NCBI GenBank assembly: GCA_045126575.1
Contig: JBGVOQ010000019.1
Coordinates: 39,876 to 103,875, forward strand
DNA from: Candidatus Onthoplasma sp.
Lineage (GTDB): Bacteria > Bacillota > Clostridia > Christensenellales > UBA1242
Length of the DNA stretch: 64,000 nt
Reading direction: 5' to 3'
Of this stretch, positions 53,574 to 63,481 are shown piece after piece. Numbering within the stretch: position 1 is the first letter of the stretch; every line of letters begins with the position of its first letter. The notes beneath the pieces are model-generated. The model was given only the letters and a program-made list of their open reading frames with translations, had not been told where the DNA came from and searched no databases. The translations under genes were made by a program, and so were the position numbers.

Positions 53574-56255
53574 TTATCTATTATTGATACTATCAATTGG
53601 GTTTTTCTTTGCAAATTTGTTTACAGGTATAAATGTTGATATAACTGCCACACCAACTGCAACACCTAGCATTAATAATATTTGAGGGAATCCAAACATC
53701 ATTAATGTTAAAGATGTACCAGTTTTTGATGCAATAGATGAGTTGATAATGCCACATGTTACTGCGCAACCTATTGTTGCTAGTACAAAGTTTATCATAC
53801 ATATTACAAAACTTTCGGCAAAGAATATTGAAAATACGTCCTTACGCCTTGCGCCGATGGCACGGAGTATACCAATTTCACGCTTTTTGTACGTGATACT
53901 TACGGAAATAAAGTTCATAAGCATCAATCCTGCAAATACTGCAAGACCAACACCTACCCATAATAGTACTTTTGCTAAGGTTTCAATCATATCACTAAAA
54001 TCATCAAGGACAGGAGTTGCTGTGGTTTGAACAGAATAGAAGAGTGGGCCATCGGTGTATTCCTCGATATTGCGTATTAATTGCTTGTCGTTAGAATTTC
54101 CTTTAAGTTGGGTTAATAGGTGGCTATAACCTGACCAATATTTGTTGTAAATGTCATCACTTACAACGGCTGTACCACTCATATGGTCAAAGTATCCAAC
54201 AACTTCCAGTTCAAACATATGATTTTTTTCTGGTTCGTACGATACACCGAATGGCATAGTTAAGCCCGCATTAATTTTGGCTTGCAACTCGGATTCGTCA
54301 ATTTTTAAATTGTAAATTAAAAGACCTTTTGCTACAATTGCCTGATTACCTTGTAAGGTGGTTACTGTTTGACCGTTTTTAAAATAAGTTTGATGATAAT
54401 TCATTTCATTGAAATCGGTTGTAAGATTCAATGAATATCCGCCACCTGTATATTCTTCACCTTTTATGTAAGCATAGTAACCGGTGTTGTCGCCATTATT
54501 TTTTAAATATTCATCATGGCGAGTCTCAAATGTTGACTGATTAACGTAACACATATTAATCAGACTGTATTTTAATAATCTGCTAAGTTCTTGGATTTGA
54601 TTGTAATTATCATGGTTATATACGTCTGATGAAGATAAATCTTTGTATTTATCAACATTAGTGTTATCCTTAATAACTCCAACAATTGTAAGGTAAGTAT
54701 TAAGGCCGTTGATATTAAGTTGCTTTCCTTTAAGGTCAGCAAATGATGAAACGTCAGAATATTTATCAACTATATTATTAAACATGTTGCTAGATATGCA
54801 AACTTCGTTATCATTAGTTGGCAAATCACCATGTATAAGTTGTAACTTAAATTGTTGCATAACACTGTCATCAACCTGCATAATACCGGAAATGTTGTGG
54901 TCTTTCAAGGTGCTTGGTGTGCTAGAGGTTGAAACATTGCTATACATAGAATTAACACGGAAATATTCTGCACTAGCAAACACCTTGTTAAACTTGTAGT
55001 TAGGGTTTGCTTGTTGCAATTTGCTAACTTGTTCATCGCTAATTAGGTATTTGTTATAGTCGTCATAATAATCTACACGCTTGTTAATACCAATTGTTTC
55101 GATACCTAGTTCTTGAATTGTAGTATATAATGAGTCGGCACGATTAAAGCATGACATTGTGTTAACTACACCAAACATACCAAATGCAACAAATGATAGT
55201 AGAATAGTGAATATCAAACGAATAGGCTTATGTTTTAACGAACTTGCACCCATTTTAAACGAGTCCTTAAGGCTTAGTCGTGATTTAATCATTTTAAAGT
55301 CATTAGGGTTGTGCTTGGTTTGTTTGATATCTTCACGAGAAGTTTGTTTAAACACTTCACGATTACCATCGTCTGTGATAAATGCAGATTTCTTAACATC
55401 GGTGTTAGTTTTTCCATCTAACGAAATGATAGTATCTTCCTTATTTAGATTATTTACAATCATTTGGTTGATTTTAATAAGGTCTTCCTTAGTTACCTTT
55501 TGGTCCTTTTTGATATGTATAATTTTATCGTCAATAAAACTTACACCAGAGTTGGATTTAATCGCCTCAACTTCAGTTTTGGTTTCGTCCTTGATTATGT
55601 GACCATCTTTTAGTTCGATTACGCGGTCGCCATAAATTTCAGCAAATTCACGGTCGTGTGATACGATAATTACAAGTTTGGTTTTGGACAATTTTTTAAG
55701 TGTTTCCATAACTTGCTTACCGGTGTTACTATCCAAGGCACCAGTTGGTTCGTCCGCCATAATAATTTCAGGATTTTTAATCAATGCACGAGCAATAGCC
55801 ACACGTTGCTTTTGACCACCAGATAATTGGTTAGGTTTACGCTTATAATATCCGGCAAGGTCAACTTGCTCAAGTAGGGCATCAACGGCTTCCTTATTAG
55901 CCTTTTTGCCTTGCAATTCAAGTGCCAAACCTAAGTTTTTACCTACAGTAAATTCTTCTAGCACATTATATTCTTGGAAAATAAATCCAATAAAGGTATT
56001 ACGATAGCTATCAAAGTCGCTTTGCTTAAAATCTTTGGAAGACTTGCCTTTAATAATAATTTCGCCACTATCAAAAGTGTCAAGTCCACCAATTGTGTTT
56101 AAAAGCGTACTTTTACCACTACCGCTTTTACCTAGCAAGAATACAAGGCCGGTATCAGGAAAGTCAATACTAACATTGTTAAGTGCTACAACATTGGTGT
56201 TTTCGCCCTTGCCTTTAATCTTGTATACCTTAGTTAAATTTCTTACACTAATCAT
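53574..56255 (-). CDS. Fused ABC ATPase and FtsX/MacB-type permease
   Basis: 893 aa. N-terminal GKSGSGKSTLL, LSGGQKQRVAIARAL and IIMADEPTGALD. TM1 at about residue 350, a large extracytoplasmic domain, then a C-terminal FtsX-type 3-TM bundle. Confidence 0.85.
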   Translation of the reverse strand: MISVRNLTKVYKIKGKGENTNVVALNNVSIDFPDTGLVFLLGKSGSGKSTLLNTIGGLDTFDSGEIIIKGKSSKDFKQSDFDSYRNTFIGFIFQEYNVLEEFTVGKNLGLALELQGKKANKEAVDALLEQVDLAGYYKRKPNQLSGGQKQRVAIARALIKNPEIIMADEPTGALDSNTGKQVMETLKKLSKTKLVIIVSHDREFAEIYGDRVIELKDGHIIKDETKTEVEAIKSNSGVSFIDDKIIHIKKDQKVTKEDLIKINQMIVNNLNKEDTIISLDGKTNTDVKKSAFITDDGNREVFKQTSREDIKQTKHNPNDFKMIKSRLSLKDSFKMGASSLKHKPIRLIFTILLSFVAFGMFGVVNTMSCFNRADSLYTTIQELGIETIGINKRVDYYDDYNKYLISDEQVSKLQQANPNYKFNKVFASAEYFRVNSMYSNVSTSSTPSTLKDHNISGIMQVDDSVMQQFKLQLIHGDLPTNDNEVCISSNMFNNIVDKYSDVSSFADLKGKQLNINGLNTYLTIVGVIKDNTNVDKYKDLSSSDVYNHDNYNQIQELSRLLKYSLINMCYVNQSTFETRHDEYLKNNGDNTGYYAYIKGEEYTGGGYSLNLTTDFNEMNYHQTYFKNGQTVTTLQGNQAIVAKGLLIYNLKIDESELQAKINAGLTMPFGVSYEPEKNHMFELEVVGYFDHMSGTAVVSDDIYNKYWSGYSHLLTQLKGNSNDKQLIRNIEEYTDGPLFYSVQTTATPVLDDFSDMIETLAKVLLWVGVGLAVFAGLMLMNFISVSITYKKREIGILRAIGARRKDVFSIFFAESFVICMINFVLATIGCAVTCGIINSSIASKTGTSLTLMMFGFPQILLMLGVAVGVAVISTFIPVNKFAKKNPIDSINNR

Positions 56256-56449
56256 ATTTTCTCCTATAAATTGAAATAAGGTATTATTTCATAAATATGT
56301 TTTTATAATATCATATTAATAAATATGATGTCAATACCAAACATACATTATATAAAATTTAAAATTCAAAAACCGGTTTAAGTGCTATATCGTTTTACTA
56401 AAATTAGAATTTATGGTATAATATATGCGTGGTAAAGGGAGAAAAATTT

Positions 56450-56878
56450 ATGGAAATTAAAATTAAGTATTTTGTTGACATTGAGCCTATTAGATTTATT
56501 GCAGGCAAAAGTGACTGGTACGATTTGCGTGCTGCAGAAGATGTAGAGATGAAGGCAGGCGAATATCGCCTAATTAGGCTTGGTGTTGGTATGCAATTAC
56601 CTAAGGGATATGAGGCGCACATGGCTCCTCGTAGCGGAACATTTAAAAATTATGGAATTATTCAAGCCAATAGCGTTGCTGTGATTGATGAAAGTTATTG
56701 CGGAGATAATGACGAGTGGATGTATCCTGCAATTGCGTTAAGAGACACTAAGATATACAAAAATGACCGTATTTGCCAATTTAGAATTATGGAGCACCAA
56801 CCACCAATTGAATTTACTGTGGTAGATAAATTGGGCGATACCGACAGAGGTTCATTTGGTTCAACGGGCAAACAGTAA
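56450..56878 (+). CDS. dut: dUTP diphosphatase
   Basis: GEYRLIRLGVGMQLP, PRSG, and C-terminal RGSFGSTGK. I prefer the start at MEIKIKYF. Confidence 0.88.
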   Translation: MEIKIKYFVDIEPIRFIAGKSDWYDLRAAEDVEMKAGEYRLIRLGVGMQLPKGYEAHMAPRSGTFKNYGIIQANSVAVIDESYCGDNDEWMYPAIALRDTKIYKNDRICQFRIMEHQPPIEFTVVDKLGDTDRGSFGSTGKQ

Positions 56879-56923
56879 TTGGCAAAATGATTGCTAGATA
56901 AAATTTATCAAAAAGGGATTTGG

Positions 56924-57721
56924 ATGAAAATAGTAAGTTACAATGTAAACGGAATTCGTGCAAGCATAAAACTTGGCTTGCTTGATTGGTTAAAGGAGCA
57001 TAATGCGGATATTTATTGTATTCAAGAAGCTAGGTGTAATGAAGATTTAACTAACGAATTAATATTTGGAACAAAGGAACAAATATCCCTATTTGAAACA
57101 ACGCAAACTAATTTGTCTAACTATTATCCAACCTATAATTGTGGACTAAAGGCTGGTTATGCGGGAACGTTAGTTTTAAGCAAAGTAAAGCCGGATAAAA
57201 TTATATTGGATATGCAGGAATTTTGGACTGATGATGAGGGTAGAACTACTACTATAATTTGGGGAAGTACTGCAGTAGTTAACGCATATATACCTAATGG
57301 CAACAGCAGACTGGAATTTAAAATGCAGTACTTGTCGGCTTTGACTAAATATCTAAACAAACTACAACAACATTATAATGTTATTTGTGTGGGTGATTTT
57401 AATATAGCTCACAATGAAATTGACTTATCGCACCCAAAGCAGTGTAAAAATAAATCTGTTTTCCTGCCAATAGAACGCACCGCTTTTGGCGAGTTGTTAT
57501 CAATTGGTTTTACGGATTGTTATAGATTGGTTAATCCAGAAAAAGTTGAATATACTTGGAGAAGTTATCGTTCAAGATATGATGATAGTTATAATAGTTG
57601 GAAATATAGGATAGATTACATTTTGGTGTCAAACGGTTTGAGCCCACAAATATTAGAATGTAATATTCTTGACTTGCCATATAGCGACCATCTACCTGTA
57701 GAATTAAATATAAAGGACTAG
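56924..57721 (+). CDS. xth: Exodeoxyribonuclease III (AP endonuclease)
   Basis: MKIVSYNVNGIRA, CIQEA, GDFNIAH and SDHLPV motifs. Confidence 0.9.
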   Translation: MKIVSYNVNGIRASIKLGLLDWLKEHNADIYCIQEARCNEDLTNELIFGTKEQISLFETTQTNLSNYYPTYNCGLKAGYAGTLVLSKVKPDKIILDMQEFWTDDEGRTTTIIWGSTAVVNAYIPNGNSRLEFKMQYLSALTKYLNKLQQHYNVICVGDFNIAHNEIDLSHPKQCKNKSVFLPIERTAFGELLSIGFTDCYRLVNPEKVEYTWRSYRSRYDDSYNSWKYRIDYILVSNGLSPQILECNILDLPYSDHLPVELNIKD

Positions 57722-57724
57722 TTT

Positions 57725-58276
57725 ATGAAAATATCAAACAAACTTGAAAGTTATGAAAAGATTATAGAACTTGGCTTAAATCGCTTTCCCGAAAAAGTAT
57801 TTAAATCTAACCAAATAGACGAGGTTAAGGATTTTATCAATGAATATCCCGCTACATACTATGCAATTAGGGATAAATCTAAGGCTGGCGGAGTATTTAA
57901 ATTGGCAGTTAAACAAGAAGATGTGCTTAATGAGATTGTGGGGTACGAATTGTTTTCGATTAATGTAAGTTCATTTAACTATGTAGATAATCAACTTTTG
58001 GTGGGCGAGATATGCATAGGAAACAATGAAGTGAGTGCAATTTTGTCAACCAATAGCAAATATTCAGTGAGAGATACGTTGCGTAATCCGGATTTTAATT
58101 TTGTTACTAGCATATTTGATGAAAGATTAAATGACGTGCCGTATTTTGATAATATTTATAAATATATTGTAGAATATAAACTTAAAAATGTGATTGTGGA
58201 ATTTGCCTATTTTGATAAACCAGTAGGCATTAATAATGAAAATATTATAATATACGAACTAAGGACGGAATATTAA
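57725..58276 (+). CDS. Hypothetical protein
   Basis: 183 aa. Starts 4 nt after the xth stop. No confident family (faint ATP-grasp-like feel only). Confidence 0.5.
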   Translation: MKISNKLESYEKIIELGLNRFPEKVFKSNQIDEVKDFINEYPATYYAIRDKSKAGGVFKLAVKQEDVLNEIVGYELFSINVSSFNYVDNQLLVGEICIGNNEVSAILSTNSKYSVRDTLRNPDFNFVTSIFDERLNDVPYFDNIYKYIVEYKLKNVIVEFAYFDKPVGINNENIIIYELRTEY

Positions 58277-58365
58277 CAAGCCAATACGTGTTGATATAAT
58301 AAATTTGAGAAACAAAAGTTAAGGTGAATATTGACATCTTAACTTTTTTGTTATATAATAAAATT

Positions 58366-58635
58366 ATGGAAAAGAATGAACAAGTTAAGGTGGCGGAAAG
58401 CCAAAATCAAAATGCCTTACAAATAGAAACTGGTGTGAATAATACACAAATAGAAGATAGCGCAGATAGCATTCAAACCACAAATAAGGTAGAACAAAAA
58501 GCCGGTGTAAATTATGGCAAAAAACCGCTTACGCCTTATCAACAGTACAAAAATAGCCGCAATCAAAATGGCAAAAAGTATTTTGAATTTTATGATGATG
58601 TAAAAGTATATACCCACAACATTTGGGATTGGTAA
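58366..58635 (+). CDS. Hypothetical hydrophilic protein
   Basis: About 89 aa from MEKNEQ. Followed by a strong terminator. Confidence 0.45.
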   Translation: MEKNEQVKVAESQNQNALQIETGVNNTQIEDSADSIQTTNKVEQKAGVNYGKKPLTPYQQYKNSRNQNGKKYFEFYDDVKVYTHNIWDW

Positions 58636-58644
58636 AATGGGATA

Positions 58645-58678
58645 AACAAAAAAGACCTATTGCTTTAGGTCTTTTTGT
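58645..58678 (+). terminator. Terminator (copy A of a duplicated hairpin)
   Basis: AAAAAGACCTATTGCTTTAGGTCTTTTT. Confidence 0.8.
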
Positions 58679-58745
58679 TTTATGAAAGGCTTTGACTTTT
58701 TAATAAATTTATGATAATATTTATATATTACAAAGGAGGGTTTTT

Positions 58746-59087
58746 ATGTTTTGTCCAAAATGTGGTAAGGAAATAGCAGATGACTCTAAGTACTGTAGCG
58801 CTTGTGGAGCACAATTTGAGGTTGCTCAACCTGCTGTACAAACTAATGGAGCGTCCAAAGTGGATAAAAAGTGCAAAAAGGCAAAGACCAGTTTGATTGT
58901 GGCCATCGTTGGACTTATAATTGCCGGTATAATTTGTGGAACGTATGCTTTTGTTACCGGAATTCAGGCTTTAAAGGAAATTAAAACTGATAAGGAATTA
59001 AGTGGTAAGGGTATGGCTATTGCCGGAATAGTGCTAGGGTTGTTGGATGTTGTGCTTTCAATATATTCACTGATGGTTATGTTCTAA
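58746..59087 (+). CDS. Zinc-ribbon plus DUF4190-like membrane protein
   Basis: MFCPKCGKEIADDSKYCSACG zinc ribbon, then two TM helices. RBS AAGGAGGG. Confidence 0.7.
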   Translation: MFCPKCGKEIADDSKYCSACGAQFEVAQPAVQTNGASKVDKKCKKAKTSLIVAIVGLIIAGIICGTYAFVTGIQALKEIKTDKELSGKGMAIAGIVLGLLDVVLSIYSLMVMF

Positions 59088-59090
59088 ATT

Positions 59091-59124
59091 TAAACAAAAA
59101 GACCTATTGCTTTAGGTCTTTTTT
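59091..59124 (+). terminator. Terminator (copy B of a duplicated hairpin)
   Basis: Same 28-nt core, AAAAAGACCTATTGCTTTAGGTCTTTTT. Confidence 0.8.
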
Positions 59125-59270
59125 GCTATCTTAATATAAATTATGCGAAGTAAATTTGCAAGCAAATTTTTGATTATTACATAATTCGTTCGTTATCACT
59201 CACGCTTCGCAAGTTTTGAATTACGTCAGATTATGTTAAATGTGTGCAAGCACCCGCTTACATAATCTTT

Positions 59271-59996
59271 CTAAATTATAAACACGGCACGGAATATAGA
59301 TTTATCGGCGGTTTTGCCTTCGATAATATATTTGTTGCCGATTTTCTTTTTATAAAGATTGATTTGGTCGCCTTCAAAGCATTGATTAGTGTAGTACATT
59401 TCAAGTACGGCTATGTCTAAGCTAGAATATTCGGCAAAAGTAAAGCAGTCGGTTGCCATTTTGATATATGCAATATTATTGCCATGGACGTTATAGTCAA
59501 GTTCGCTTAGGCGGATAGTTTTGGTGTATACCAAATCGTTTTCATCAAACTCGCAAGTTGTGTTAGTGTAGGTGTCATCTTGCATATTACTTGGTAGGAA
59601 TTCGGTTATACCAAGGTCGCCAACATATTTAGGTAGAACCATACGAGAAGTTTCTTCATTAATTACGCCATACTCCATACGGCCACGCACTATACTTGAG
59701 TTGCCTTGTTTTAACTCAAAGCAACGTGGAAATAGCATACGTGTTTGTAATGGCCAAGTAGCAACAGTTAAGTCCTCGTTAATGGTTGGAAATCGGTCAA
59801 ATTCAAATTTTGCCTTAAGCACAACCCATTTGCCATTGCAACTTTTTCGTATATCTTCAACACCAACACCTAATATATCGGAATGGTTGTTTGAAGCCAG
59901 TTGAAAGCAGGATACAATATTGTGTGGCATCATATTTCTAGTAGCTCCAACGTCATCAAAACGAGTGGTAAAATTATATTCTAAATAATTTTTCAT
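59271..59996 (-). CDS. Acyl-ACP thioesterase
   Basis: 241 aa with a double hot-dog layout. The motif DYNVHGNNIAYIKMATD resembles D.N.HVNN of the FatA/B-type thioesterase family. Confidence 0.7.
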   Translation of the reverse strand: MKNYLEYNFTTRFDDVGATRNMMPHNIVSCFQLASNNHSDILGVGVEDIRKSCNGKWVVLKAKFEFDRFPTINEDLTVATWPLQTRMLFPRCFELKQGNSSIVRGRMEYGVINEETSRMVLPKYVGDLGITEFLPSNMQDDTYTNTTCEFDENDLVYTKTIRLSELDYNVHGNNIAYIKMATDCFTFAEYSSLDIAVLEMYYTNQCFEGDQINLYKKKIGNKYIIEGKTADKSIFRAVFII

Positions 59997-60209
59997 AAGT
60001 TTTTCCTTTTACATTAAAGTATAGCTAAGTCACATTTAAAAATCAAGCAACTAACTCACATTTTGTTTAATACTTGTGGATAAATAAAAGTGGTGGTGTT
60101 AAGTAAATTGTCGAAAATTGTAATGGCTTAAAATTTATAGTAATCAATTTAATGTATAACTATTGACCTTTTTAAAGTTTTGATATATAATAAGGGCAAG
60201 AGGTTGGAT

Positions 60210-61553
60210 ATGGACAGAATTTTAGATTATATCAAAGCAAACAAATTAATTAAACAAGGAGAAATTATTGGTGTGGCTACCAGTGGTGGTAGGGATAGTA
60301 TGGCGTTACTTCACTTTTTGCACGACAATCGTGAAACATTAAATTGCCAAGTAATTGCTATTAATATTGACCATTGCATTCGTGAACACAGTGCGGCTGA
60401 TAGCGCATTTGTTATGGATTATTGTAAGGAAAATGGAATTCAAGCATACACTTTTAAGGTAGATGCGGTTAAGTTGTCACGTGAAGAAAAGTTGTCGGTA
60501 GAGGCAGGCGCACGTAAGGCACGCTACAACACATTTGAAGCACTTATTGAGCGTGGCCTTGTGGATAAAATTGCACTTGCACATCACATGTATGACCAGG
60601 CAGAAACAATATTGTTAAATCTTCTTCGTGGTTGCGGATTGAGCGGTGCAAAGGGTATGGAACCTATGCGTGATAACAAGTATATTCGCCCAATGCTTAC
60701 TGTTCCAAGGGAAGAAATTATGAGTTATATTGACGAATATGCTATTACATACGTTGATGATGAAACTAATGAAGATACAGCATACTCTCGCAACTATATT
60801 CGCAATGTGATTATGCCAGCAATTCGCAAACGTTTTAAATCGGTTGAAAAAAATCTAGTTAACTTTGCAAATATTTGTGCTGAAGATGATAAGTATATCC
60901 ACAGCCAAATTGAGATGGGTGCTATTGCAAAAGTTGGAGATGTTACACGTATACCTATGTATTACTTTAGCTACCAACCATCGGTTACCAATCGTATGCT
61001 TATGAAAGTGCTTAGTGCATATTCTAGTCAGGATATCGAAAGCAAACATATTGCACTTATTACCGAATTTGCTCGTGATGGTCAAAATGGTGATAGTATT
61101 GATTTACCATTTGGAATTAAGGTGCATAAGGAATATGAATATCTAACAATTGCTCCACTTAAAAAGAAAGTAGAAATTGCAAGTCAGGAATTTAAAAAGG
61201 GCAAAACCTATATTGATGGTTTTGGAATAATACGTATTGTTAGTTCAAAGGTGTTTAATGAGATTAAACCTCACCAACACGTAGTTGATGTGACAAAAGT
61301 TCCAAGCAATGCGGTTTGGAGATTTAAACAAGATGATGATGTGTTTATGCCATTTGGCGCTACAAGCGAAAAGAAGTTAAAGGACTACCTTGCAAGCAAA
61401 AAGATACCTCAACGTCTTCGTAACAATATTCCAGTGCTAGCAGTTGATAATACAATTTATATTGTTGCAGACCTTGAAATTAGCGACTTATTAAAGGTAG
61501 ATGAAACTACTGAAAATCTATATAAAATTAATTACGAAAAAGATATTTTGTAA
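60210..61553 (+). CDS. tilS: tRNA(Ile)-lysidine synthase
   Basis: PP-loop VATSGGRDSMALL and the C-terminal TilS substrate-binding domain. I prefer the start at MDRILDY. Confidence 0.9.
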   Translation: MDRILDYIKANKLIKQGEIIGVATSGGRDSMALLHFLHDNRETLNCQVIAINIDHCIREHSAADSAFVMDYCKENGIQAYTFKVDAVKLSREEKLSVEAGARKARYNTFEALIERGLVDKIALAHHMYDQAETILLNLLRGCGLSGAKGMEPMRDNKYIRPMLTVPREEIMSYIDEYAITYVDDETNEDTAYSRNYIRNVIMPAIRKRFKSVEKNLVNFANICAEDDKYIHSQIEMGAIAKVGDVTRIPMYYFSYQPSVTNRMLMKVLSAYSSQDIESKHIALITEFARDGQNGDSIDLPFGIKVHKEYEYLTIAPLKKKVEIASQEFKKGKTYIDGFGIIRIVSSKVFNEIKPHQHVVDVTKVPSNAVWRFKQDDDVFMPFGATSEKKLKDYLASKKIPQRLRNNIPVLAVDNTIYIVADLEISDLLKVDETTENLYKINYEKDIL

Positions 61554-61556
61554 AAA

Positions 61557-61586
61557 TGTTCCGCCATTAGTGCGGAATATTTTTAA
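61557..61586 (+). terminator. Terminator after tilS
   Basis: TTCCGC-loop-GCGGAA followed by TATTTTT. The stem is short. Confidence 0.5.
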
Positions 61587-61642
61587 TGAAGAATCAAGAA
61601 TGAAAAATGGATGGTGTAGATAGATTTACAATCTCAGCATAA

Positions 61643-61897
61643 TTATTCTTCGTAATATAAATTATCGGGGTTATCCAACTTTAGATTGTATAGTTTGATT
61701 AATGGGAAATATTCCTGCCATCGATAATTACGCACCGGCATTGGTTTATGGGTTTTAAAGTAAAACACCATAGCGGGTTTTATGTTGTGGTATTTATATA
61801 AAAGGCTTACACTTAAGCAATCGCCACTTTTGATTAAACTTTTAAGTTTTGCATGATAATTAAAATATGTCATATTGTAGTATTTGTAATATGGCAT
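61643..61897 (-). CDS. Hypothetical small protein
   Basis: 84 aa, Tyr/Lys-rich, with no recognised motif. Confidence 0.45.
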   Translation of the reverse strand: MPYYKYYNMTYFNYHAKLKSLIKSGDCLSVSLLYKYHNIKPAMVFYFKTHKPMPVRNYRWQEYFPLIKLYNLKLDNPDNLYYEE

Positions 61898-62052
61898 TTT
61901 TTATTTGTACGAATGATGTGCAAATTAGTAAAGGCAACAAAAAATAAGGCATTACAGTACTATAATTTAGTACAAATTTTAAAATTATTGTACTAAATAT
62001 TTGCCAATAATTTAATTGTGTGATATACTAAAGTAAAATTAAGGAGAAGATT

Positions 62053-62790
62053 ATGGAAAAGAAAGATTTAAATTTGACATATATTTACCTAATGGCAATC
62101 TTTGCAATAGGTGTTGCAATGGCCAATATTATATCATTTTTTGGTGGTGTTGGCTTTGCGCTTATAGGCGCAAGCGTACTGCTAGTTTTGGCAGCAAGAA
62201 AAATATTGAGCAGTGCTGATAAAAAGCGTTTTGGCGATATTGTAATCTTAATTACAATCGAATTTTTGATGTTTATAGTATTATTCTTTGCATACGATTT
62301 TAACATTAACGGAATTACTAACAAATTCCCTATGGTTATGCGTAATATTTGTGCAATTTATTCTATATTTGCGTTAGGCTATACTGCATTTAGATATTTT
62401 AGTGAAATTAAGGGTAAAAAATATAAGTTTGTGGAATATATCCTTGGTAACTACACACCTATGAAGAAGGAAAAAAAGGCAAAGCCAAGCAAGGAAATGA
62501 TTAGAAAGAATAGAGAACTTGAAAACGGAACTCTTGAGCCAAAGCCAATAACAATGCAAGCGCAACCTAATCCAGTTAACCCTGTTAGAATTGAACAATC
62601 TGAGATGCAACAACATAGTACTAACAACGTTGTTAATGCACAATCAAATGTTGCTAGTGTAAATGTTCAAAACACACAGCCTGTGCAACCTCAATCGACA
62701 ACATCTCAGCCAAGCAATCAAGCGTCAACTGAGGAGAAAAAGGCAGACCTTATGGAAACGGTTAAAAATCATCCAAGTTATTGGGAATAG
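62053..62790 (+). CDS. Hypothetical membrane protein with a Q/P/N-rich C-terminal tail
   Basis: 245 aa with 4 TM helices followed by a hydrophilic tail. RBS AAGGAGAAG. Confidence 0.6.
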   Translation: MEKKDLNLTYIYLMAIFAIGVAMANIISFFGGVGFALIGASVLLVLAARKILSSADKKRFGDIVILITIEFLMFIVLFFAYDFNINGITNKFPMVMRNICAIYSIFALGYTAFRYFSEIKGKKYKFVEYILGNYTPMKKEKKAKPSKEMIRKNRELENGTLEPKPITMQAQPNPVNPVRIEQSEMQQHSTNNVVNAQSNVASVNVQNTQPVQPQSTTSQPSNQASTEEKKADLMETVKNHPSYWE

Positions 62791-62894
62791 GTTAAAATGT
62801 GTTAAGTATAAGTATTTAACACTTAGCTTTAGTTAAATATAGTAAGAATTTGTTTAAAATTTTTAATTTTAGGCAAATTTTTTTTAAAATCGTG

Positions 62895-62923
62895 TTGACA
62901 TCAAATTAAATATATGATATATT
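62895..62923 (+). promoter_or_regulatory. Sigma-A-type promoter for rpmG-secE-nusG
   Basis: TTGACA (62895-62900), a 17-nt spacer, then TATATT (62918-62923). Confidence 0.55.
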
Positions 62924-62969
62924 ATTAGGGTAAGTAACACCGCAAAGGTGTTTTTTTAGGAGAAAAATT

Positions 62970-63140
62970 ATGGCAAAAGCAAAGAAAACAAAGAGAGCAA
63001 AGATTACTTTAGCTTGTACAGAATGTAAAAATAGAAACTATGACACAAGCAAAAACACTGCTGAACATCCAGACAGAGTTGAATTAAACAAGTATTGCCC
63101 AACTTGTCGTAAGCACACAGCACACAAAGAAACTAAATAG
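62970..63140 (+). CDS. rpmG: 50S ribosomal protein L33 (not in the ORF track)
   Basis: My own translation gives [56 protein letters not shown] (CxxC...CxxC). RBS AGGAGAAAA. Precedes secE-nusG as in most bacteria. Confidence 0.9.
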   Translation: MAKAKKTKRAKITLACTECKNRNYDTSKNTAEHPDRVELNKYCPTCRKHTAHKETK

Positions 63141-63149
63141 GAGATTATT

Positions 63150-63470
63150 ATGGCAAATAATGAACAAGTTAGCCAAGAAGTAAAGGTTGAGGAAACTCAA
63201 GCTGTTTCTGTTGAAAAACAAAAGGCTGTAAAATCTAAGGCGGAAACTAATAAAGTTGAAAAACCTAAGAAGAAGAAAAAAGACAAGAAACCTAACAAAA
63301 TGGCTAAAAGATTAAAGGAAACTGGTTCGGAGCTTAAAAAAGTTACTTGGCCTAAGTTTACCACTGTTTTAAAACAAACAGGCGTTGTTTTGGCTGTTAC
63401 TGCGGCATTCTTGCTTGTAGTATTTGGCATTGATAGACTTTGTAGCTGGCTAGTTGGCTTCATTGTGTAA
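63150..63470 (+). CDS. secE: Preprotein translocase subunit SecE
   Basis: 106 aa with a Lys-rich N-terminus and a single C-terminal TM preceded by ELKKVTWP. Confidence 0.88.
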   Translation: MANNEQVSQEVKVEETQAVSVEKQKAVKSKAETNKVEKPKKKKKDKKPNKMAKRLKETGSELKKVTWPKFTTVLKQTGVVLAVTAAFLLVVFGIDRLCSWLVGFIV

Positions 63471-63481
63471 AGGAGACTGTT

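Noticed and set aside
59150-59167. Perfect palindrome AAATTTGC-AA-GCAAATTT, considered as an operator site.
   Set aside because: It lies in a convergent spacer just past the 3' end of the acyl-ACP thioesterase gene and is flanked by A/T runs. It is most simply that gene's terminator hairpin. I kept it only as a motif occurrence in the AT-spacer finding.
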